Shown: positions 58,310 through 64,000 of the stretch, piece by piece
Position numbering within the stretch: the first letter of the stretch is position 1
Layout of the letters: each line of letters begins with the position of its first letter
From: Planctomycetota bacterium
GTDB lineage: Bacteria > Planctomycetota > JAJSAM01 > JAJVHW01
Length of the DNA stretch: 64,000 nucleotides
Assembly (NCBI GenBank): GCA_965248445.1
Contig: CBDFJG010000002.1
Coordinates: 384,001 to 448,000 of the forward strand
Direction: 5' to 3'
Program-made: the position numbers and the translations under genes
The notes under the pieces: model-generated
Seen by the model: only the letters and a program-made list of their open reading frames with translations
Database searches by the model: none
What the model was told of the DNA's origin: nothing

Positions 58310-58924
58310 ATGCCCACTCACCAGGTCACCCGACGCATCCGGCGCGCCGTTCTCGGGGCCGCCGTAGTCACATCCGCTCTCGCCCTGACCGCCTGCGCAG
58401 GGGCGTCGTCGCATCGCGTCGATCCGCGCGTGGACGACGATCTGGGCGGGACCATGATCGACTCGTCCGACGTGATCGTGGCTTCGGAGGCCGCCGTCGA
58501 TGATCTCGCCGCCGTGCTGCTCGCCTCGCCGCAGAACGACATGATCGTTGCGGTGGCGACCATCAAGAACGAGTCCATCCAGCCCATCAACATGGCGCTG
58601 CTCACGGACCGGATGCGCAACTCTCTCGTCCGCCGCACCTCGCCCCGCGTGCGCTACCTGGCGCGGGAGCACATCGACGACGTGCTGCGGGAGCGCGCAG
58701 GCAAGCGCGAGGGCGTCTACGCAGGCAAGCAACTGAAGGCGCTGCTCGGCGCGGACTACCTCCTCGTCGGGCGCATCAACAGCCTCTCGAAGCGCTACGA
58801 AGGGGACCGCGCGGACTACTTCCAGCTCAACTTCCAGCTGATCGACTCGGAGACGAGTGTGATCACGTGGAGCGACGCCTACGAGTTCAAGAAGGTCGGC
58901 GACGCCGGCGTGATCTACCAGTAG
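58310..58924 (+). CDS. LpoB/CsgG-like lipoprotein
   Basis: AGGAG RBS; lipobox LTAC; IKNES, GADYLLVGRINS, FQLIDSETSVITWSD. Confidence 0.8.
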   Translation: MPTHQVTRRIRRAVLGAAVVTSALALTACAGASSHRVDPRVDDDLGGTMIDSSDVIVASEAAVDDLAAVLLASPQNDMIVAVATIKNESIQPINMALLTDRMRNSLVRRTSPRVRYLAREHIDDVLRERAGKREGVYAGKQLKALLGADYLLVGRINSLSKRYEGDRADYFQLNFQLIDSETSVITWSDAYEFKKVGDAGVIYQ

Positions 58925-58927
58925 GTC

Positions 58928-60100
58928 GTGCGTCACGGGGGGAGTCTGACGGTTCTCGCGCTCGCTGCGATCCTCGGGTTGGCCGCGTGCGCCGCGACCG
59001 AGACGCGGGGCGGCCAGGGTCTGTACCGCTCGCGGCGGTACGACGAAGTGCGCAAGCTCTACGAGGCCGGCATCGTGCGCGAGCCGCGCAACGCGGCGCT
59101 CGATCGCAACGAGGCCGGCGTGATGGCACTGCTCGACGGCGACGTCGACGGCGCACACCGTCACTTCCGCCAGGCGTTCGATGACCTGGACGATCTCAGT
59201 TCGAACACCGCCGAGACGGTCGGCGCGTTCGCCGGCTCCGCGGCGTCCAGGCGCTGGAAGGGCGAGCCGTACGAACGCTGCATGAACGCCTACTACCTCG
59301 GCGTCACCTACTGGTTGCGGGGCGACGCCGACAACGCTGCGGCCTCGTTCAAGGCGGGCGTGTTGCGCGATGCCGACAGCCAGCACGGCGCCGCGCAGTC
59401 CGACTTCTCGATCCTCTGGTACCTGCTCGGGCAGGCGCAGCGCACGGCGCACCACTCCGATCGCGGGGACGCCGCACTGCGCGCCGCGGCGCGGCTCCTG
59501 CCGCGGCACGAGCAACTCCGCAGCGGTTCCGCCGCCACGGGGAACGTGCTGGTCCTTGTCGAAACGGGAACCGGACCCCGGAAGCTCGCCGAAGGGCCCG
59601 GGGGCGCGTGGCTGCGCTTCTCCGATCGCGCGCGCGGCCGCGGCCTCGTGCCGCGCGTGACGCTTGCGAACCGGTACCTCGGCGATACGGCCTCACTCGG
59701 CGACGTCTTCCATCAGGCGATGACGCGCGGAGAGAAGGTCGTCGACCACGTGAACAAGGGGAAGGCCGTGTTCGCGGAGGCGGTCAAGGTCGCCGGCGCG
59801 GTCAAGTCCACGAAGGCGCGCACCGACGAGGAGCGACTGGCCGGAGTGGGGGCTGTCCTCATCGGGGCGGCGATCCCGACAGAGGCCGACACCCGCACGT
59901 GGCGCAGCCTCCCCGGCGAAGTGCATGCGCTCACCGCGGATCTGCCCCCTGGGCAGCACGTGCTCAAAATCGAATTCCTGAACGGCGGGAAGGCGGACCC
60001 GTCACTGACCACGGAGGTGCCGGTCACGGTGCGTCCGGGGCACGTCGCGCTGGCCTGGGGCCGCGCGGTCCCCGGCTACATCGTGCCGCGCTTCCGATAG
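58928..60100 (+). CDS. TPR-containing lipoprotein (COG3014-like)
   Basis: Lipobox LAAC; WKGEPYERCM..YYLG; ADTRTWRSLP. Confidence 0.75.
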   Translation: MRHGGSLTVLALAAILGLAACAATETRGGQGLYRSRRYDEVRKLYEAGIVREPRNAALDRNEAGVMALLDGDVDGAHRHFRQAFDDLDDLSSNTAETVGAFAGSAASRRWKGEPYERCMNAYYLGVTYWLRGDADNAAASFKAGVLRDADSQHGAAQSDFSILWYLLGQAQRTAHHSDRGDAALRAAARLLPRHEQLRSGSAATGNVLVLVETGTGPRKLAEGPGGAWLRFSDRARGRGLVPRVTLANRYLGDTASLGDVFHQAMTRGEKVVDHVNKGKAVFAEAVKVAGAVKSTKARTDEERLAGVGAVLIGAAIPTEADTRTWRSLPGEVHALTADLPPGQHVLKIEFLNGGKADPSLTTEVPVTVRPGHVALAWGRAVPGYIVPRFR

Positions 60101-60109
60101 GAGACAGAC

Positions 60110-60523
60110 ATGCAGTTCTCTCGTATCGCGCCGCTCGCCGCGGCGGCCCTGCTCGCCGGTTGCGCGACGCACCACCACGACCACGGTGCGCCCGTCGTCT
60201 ATCGCACTGACACGACACCTTCGACGACGCTCCCGGCCCAGGCGGGCGAGCAGGTCGTGTTCGACAACCGGATGAGCGAGGCCGATCGCGCTGCGTGGGT
60301 CCGCCAAAACGCTGTGCCCGTCGAGTACGAACGGGTGTACGACCAGACGCTCCAGCCCCGCGTCATCCGCGTTGTCGAAGAACGGCCCGTATACGTCCGC
60401 TCGCACTACTCGCCGGTGCACCTGAACATCGGATACAGCAGCGGTCGCCGTGGCGGACACCACGGCCGACACCACGGCGGATGGCACACAGGGATCGGCT
60501 GGTCGCTGCCGCTGTACTGGTAG
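60110..60523 (+). CDS. Small hypothetical lipoprotein
   Basis: AGGAG RBS; lipobox LAGC; His/Gly-rich tail. Confidence 0.7.
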   Translation: MQFSRIAPLAAAALLAGCATHHHDHGAPVVYRTDTTPSTTLPAQAGEQVVFDNRMSEADRAAWVRQNAVPVEYERVYDQTLQPRVIRVVEERPVYVRSHYSPVHLNIGYSSGRRGGHHGRHHGGWHTGIGWSLPLYW

Positions 60524-60548
60524 TAGGGGCGGGGTTCCACGCCCGCCC
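60523..60548 (+). repeat. GTAG-type REP element
   Basis: GTAG-GGGCGGG-GTTCCACG-CCCGCCC. Confidence 0.75.
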
Positions 60549-60575
60549 GCAGGTCGCGACGATCCGATGGACGGG

Positions 60576-62135
60576 TCAGCGCCCTCGGACGGTGAACGAC
60601 GTCTGCCAGTCGGCGAACTCGCTCGCCAGGACGTCGTACGTGCCCTCGCGTGACGGCACCCAGGTGGCCGAGTAGCTCGGAGCGGTCGCGTCGGCCGTCA
60701 GCCTGACGGTCGTGGACTCGTGAGTCTCGTCGTGGAAGACGCTCAGTTCGAGCGACTCCGGAGACGTGAACGGCGGTGGAACCAAGCGCACTGTGACGCT
60801 TTCTCCGAGCGCGACCTCCGGGCGCAGCATGCTCACGAGGGTGCGGTTCTCGCCGCGATGCCGCGACGCGTCGGCCAGGCCCTCGATGGCGCGGCCGTAG
60901 AAACGGAGGAAGTACAGGTCGCCGACGCCCTTACGCAGCCGCCAGAGGTCGTCGGCGCCGACGAACATCACCGCGCCGAGCCCGTATGGCCGGGAGGCGA
61001 ACACGGGCCGAGGGCCGTGCTTGTTGTCGTACAGCGCGTGGTCGGCAGTTGCGAAGACGGTGGCATCGTCGTGCGCGCGCAGCGAGGGAAACACCCAGAA
61101 CTGCCGCGCGGCCGACGACTCCTCCCAGAGGGCGCGGGAGTAGTCGAGGTCGACGTCGATCTGCATCCACGGACTACGCAGTCCAGCCGGAGTGAGTCGC
61201 AGCGAGAACCCGCTGAGAGGGGTCTCCGGATCGAGCAGCTCGGACTGACGATCGAGGACGACCGGGAGCAGTTCCTCGACCGCGGTACCCGCGTAGCTCG
61301 AAGGGTTGTCGCCCGCACCCGCGATCAACATCAGCCCGCCGCCCTCGGCGACGAAGTCGCGCAGACTCACGAACTGTTCGGCGATGTCGTCACGGTGCCG
61401 CGCCAGCGTTCGTGGAGCGACGTCGCCGAGGACGATGACGTCGTACTCGCGCAGCGCGCCACCCTGCGGCACGCCGTCTCGCAACGTGAGAGCGCTCCAC
61501 TTGAGCACGTTCGTCGCGGGCTGTGGAGTGTCGTCGTCGCCGTCCGTGAGAAGCGCGTGGACCCGGAAGCGGGCGTGGTCGCGAGCCAGTGCGTTCGAGA
61601 GGTAGATGTAGTCGTAACGCGGAGCTGACTCGAGGTACAGCACGCGAGTGTGGGTCCCAGCCGCCGTCGCCAGAACTGGGTGGAGACCGGCATCGAGCAC
61701 GACAGTGCCGTCGTCGGATGCCGCCGACACGACGATCCGGAATAGCCTGGCGCCCGGCTTGGACGGCGAGACGGTGAGCACGACGTGCAGCAGACCGTCC
61801 TCGCGGCGCTCGATCGACTTCACCGTCGCCGCTTCGGACCTGGCCGACGAATCGGGCACGCGCGACGTCTCGACGACAGCGACGCTGATGGTTCCCGCGG
61901 CGACGCGCTCCGCCGACGCGGTCAATTCGAGCCGCATCGGTGCACCTGTTCTGCCGCGGTGGGGACCGACCACGGACTCGATGCGCAACAGCGGGGGCGC
62001 TGTTGCGGGCGCCTGCCCGGTGGGTGCTGCCGCGCTGGGCGGAGTGGCGGGTTGCGGCCGGTCACCGCAGGCGGTCAGAGCCGCGCCAAGGACGACGACG
62101 GCGAGCGGAACCAGAGCGCCAGGCCGGATGTGCAT
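60576..62135 (-). CDS. Lipoprotein with class I glutamine amidotransferase-like domain
   Basis: Lipobox LTAC; RVLYLESAPRYDY, YDVIVLGDV, FVAEGGGLMLIAG, LLPV, YGLGAVMFVGADDLWR. Confidence 0.75.
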   Translation of the reverse strand: MHIRPGALVPLAVVVLGAALTACGDRPQPATPPSAAAPTGQAPATAPPLLRIESVVGPHRGRTGAPMRLELTASAERVAAGTISVAVVETSRVPDSSARSEAATVKSIERREDGLLHVVLTVSPSKPGARLFRIVVSAASDDGTVVLDAGLHPVLATAAGTHTRVLYLESAPRYDYIYLSNALARDHARFRVHALLTDGDDDTPQPATNVLKWSALTLRDGVPQGGALREYDVIVLGDVAPRTLARHRDDIAEQFVSLRDFVAEGGGLMLIAGAGDNPSSYAGTAVEELLPVVLDRQSELLDPETPLSGFSLRLTPAGLRSPWMQIDVDLDYSRALWEESSAARQFWVFPSLRAHDDATVFATADHALYDNKHGPRPVFASRPYGLGAVMFVGADDLWRLRKGVGDLYFLRFYGRAIEGLADASRHRGENRTLVSMLRPEVALGESVTVRLVPPPFTSPESLELSVFHDETHESTTVRLTADATAPSYSATWVPSREGTYDVLASEFADWQTSFTVRGR

Positions 62136-62172
62136 CCAGCCCGAGTGTAGAGGGGGGTGTGCGGCCGTTCGA

Positions 62173-62198
62173 GGGCGGGGGTGGAACCCCGCCGCTAC
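62173..62198 (-). repeat. GTAG-type REP element
   Basis: Minus strand GTAG-CGGCGGGG-TTCCAC-CCCCGCCC; 24/26 identical to the 60523 copy. Confidence 0.75.
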
Positions 62199-62202
62199 TC
62201 AG

Positions 62203-63243
62203 CTACTCAGCCGCGACTCTTGCGCAGCGGAACCCGATGTTGTCGTACTTGTCCTTCGGGTACGCGGCCAGGTGCTGGTCCACACGGACGAAGGACTCGG
62301 GGTCGCACCACGAGCCGCCGCAGATGACGCGCTGCTCCGAATCGGCCGGGTCCGGGCTGTCCGTCCACTCCCAGACGTTGCCGATCGCCTCGCGCACACC
62401 GAAGACGCTCACGTTGTCCGGGTGGGCGCCGTTCCTCGCGATGGTGATGTCGTCTTCGGAGTTGCCGTAGTTCGCCTTCTCCGGATCGAGCGGGCCGTCC
62501 CAAGGGTACGGCTGGCCCTTCGTGCCGCGGACGGCCTTCTCCCACTCGTCCTTGGTCGGGAGTGACTTGCCCGCGAACGCGGCGAACTTGAACGCGTCGT
62601 ACCACGACACGCCCACCACGGGAGCCTCCGGCTCCTTCAGCCCATCATCGTTCCAGAACTTGGGAGACCGGTACCCGGTCGACTCGACGAAGCTCTTGTA
62701 CTCGGCGTTCGTGACCGGGAACTCGTCGATCCAGAACGCCTTCACGTCGCGTGGCTGGTTCGTCGGACCCGACAGGAACGACCCGCCGCCGACGAACACC
62801 ATGCCGTCCACGACCTGCGGTCCGACTTCGTCTTCGTCGACCGCTTCCGATGCCGCGTCGGACATCGCGTCGACTTCCTTCAACACCTTCGCGAGGAGCT
62901 TGTCGCGAGCACCGTCGTCCATGTCTGCGAGAGCGTCGTGCGCTTCCTCGATGCGGTCGACGATCGCGTCCCAGTCGTCCTCGCCAGAACGGTCGCGGTA
63001 GTTCGACAGGATGAGGTGAGCACGCGCGAGGAACAGGTTGGTGGAGTCCGCCTTCAGGAACGCCTGCTCGAAGTAGAGGATGCCGAGGTAGTACGTCTCA
63101 CCGTCCACCGCGATGGGGTGGGAACGGTGGTACCTCTCGAGCATCACGAGGGCCTTGGCCTCGTCGATCTCATCGACATGGGCGTAGTCGACATACTTCG
63201 CCCATACGTATTCGCGAATCGCTTTGACGTCGTCGTCGACCAT
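62203..63243 (-). CDS. FGE-sulfatase (SUMF1/EgtB/PvdO-like) domain protein
   Basis: PVTNAEYKSF, PVVGVSWYDA, LPTKDEWEKA, GNVWEW, GGSW, IGFRCA. Confidence 0.9.
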   Translation of the reverse strand: MVDDDVKAIREYVWAKYVDYAHVDEIDEAKALVMLERYHRSHPIAVDGETYYLGILYFEQAFLKADSTNLFLARAHLILSNYRDRSGEDDWDAIVDRIEEAHDALADMDDGARDKLLAKVLKEVDAMSDAASEAVDEDEVGPQVVDGMVFVGGGSFLSGPTNQPRDVKAFWIDEFPVTNAEYKSFVESTGYRSPKFWNDDGLKEPEAPVVGVSWYDAFKFAAFAGKSLPTKDEWEKAVRGTKGQPYPWDGPLDPEKANYGNSEDDITIARNGAHPDNVSVFGVREAIGNVWEWTDSPDPADSEQRVICGGSWCDPESFVRVDQHLAAYPKDKYDNIGFRCARVAAE

Positions 63244-63354
63244 GCGCTGCTGGGTTCCTAGGTACCTGTTCTGGGGCGGCCCTGCGGCCGCGAACGCAGC
63301 ACATTACCCAGGCTCCTGAGGGGGACCAACGGAAAGGGAGACCCCTCGGTGAGG

Positions 63355-64000
63355 GTAACCGTTCACCCCTTGACAGCGTGTGAGCCTCAGCGTGCGACGG
63401 GCAGCGGGACCATGACGGGCGGGTCGGCGCCGGTGAGGTGCGCGGCGACCGAGTCGGCGAGGAAGTCGAAGACTTGGTCGCCACGGCGTCGCAGCGTGGC
63501 CGCGGCGGTCAACACGCGCTCGGCGAAGCGGAGTCCGCGAGCGGACTGGCTTCCGAAGGAGCCCTTGCGCCAGAGCACCGCTTTGCGGACCGCGCGCTCG
63601 GCGGCGTTGTTCGTCGGACTCACGTCCTGGGTCCGCGCATAGGTGAAGAGGGCGACCACGCGGGGGCGCAGATGGTTGGCCAGAGCCGAGTCGTCGTTCG
63701 CGATCAGTCGCTCGAGCCGTCCGCGCAGCACAGCGGCTTCGCCTTGCAGCCGGTCACGGTCGCCGTGCTCACCGAAGAGCCGGTAGCTGCGCATGACCGA
63801 CTGCGCGATCATGACGCCCTTGTTGCCGAAGCGGCGATGTTCTCGCGGGCCTTCGGCCAGCGCACGGAAGGCGCGCTCGATGTGCGCCCAGCAGAGCTGG
63901 CGGCGGGCAAGTGGGTGTGACTCGTAGGCACCCATCCGGTCGCTGATCACCGTGCCACCGAAGCGCCGCCCGATCAGCCGCCCTTTCGCCTTGGCACTGC
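63355..64000 (-). mobile_element. IS66-family element, right end
   Basis: GTAACCGTTCACCCC at 63355 (GTAA-type IS66 terminus) just past the transposase stop. Confidence 0.75.
63387..64000 (-). CDS. IS66-family transposase, C-terminal part (runs off window)
   Basis: ISDRMGAY, QLCWAH, PTNNAAERAVRKAVLWRKGSFGSQSARG. Confidence 0.92.
   Translation of the reverse strand, partial: SAKAKGRLIGRRFGGTVISDRMGAYESHPLARRQLCWAHIERAFRALAEGPREHRRFGNKGVMIAQSVMRSYRLFGEHGDRDRLQGEAAVLRGRLERLIANDDSALANHLRPRVVALFTYARTQDVSPTNNAAERAVRKAVLWRKGSFGSQSARGLRFAERVLTAAATLRRRGDQVFDFLADSVAAHLTGADPPVMVPLPVAR

Overview
High-GC bacterial DNA. Gene content (ECF sigma with membrane-anchored extension, Ser/Thr kinases, FGE-sulfatase and DUF4388-like proteins, PEP-CTERM-like tail, bacterial topoisomerase VI) suggests Planctomycetota; this is inference only. 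The window starts in an IS1380-family transposase and ends in an IS66 transposase. 0.5-8.6 kb holds housekeeping-type genes (Usp, CDF transporter, GGQ release-factor-like, xth, kynU-kynB). At 8.7 kb a displaced 3' half of tRNA-Sec, plus a second 20-bp copy, marks a probable integration (att) scar. 8.8-34.3 kb is accessory: kinase-ATPase-TPR gene, a partly tandem-duplicated IS3-family element, and a run of mostly exported or surface hypothetical proteins, including an ECF sigma factor followed by two paralogs of its own C-terminal domain. Most intergenic gaps from 17.8 to 34.3 kb carry a ~34-bp hairpin repeat (CGCACGGTGAAGGAATCCACCG[G/T]TCTCGGTATTC), three times as inverted doublets. This repeat-delimited, cassette-like array is the best candidate for an undescribed system; no cognate recombinase is visible in the window. 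34.3-64 kb holds a damaged RND pump, a one-ATPase-domain ClpC paralog with a degenerate Walker B, an SSS transporter, a kinase-FGE gene, two frameshifted large exported-protein genes, a degenerate HEPN/AbrB/EI24/top6B/top6A cluster, a GH84/LpoB-like lipoprotein cluster, and GTAG-type REP elements. All calls are by eye from motifs; no searches were run.
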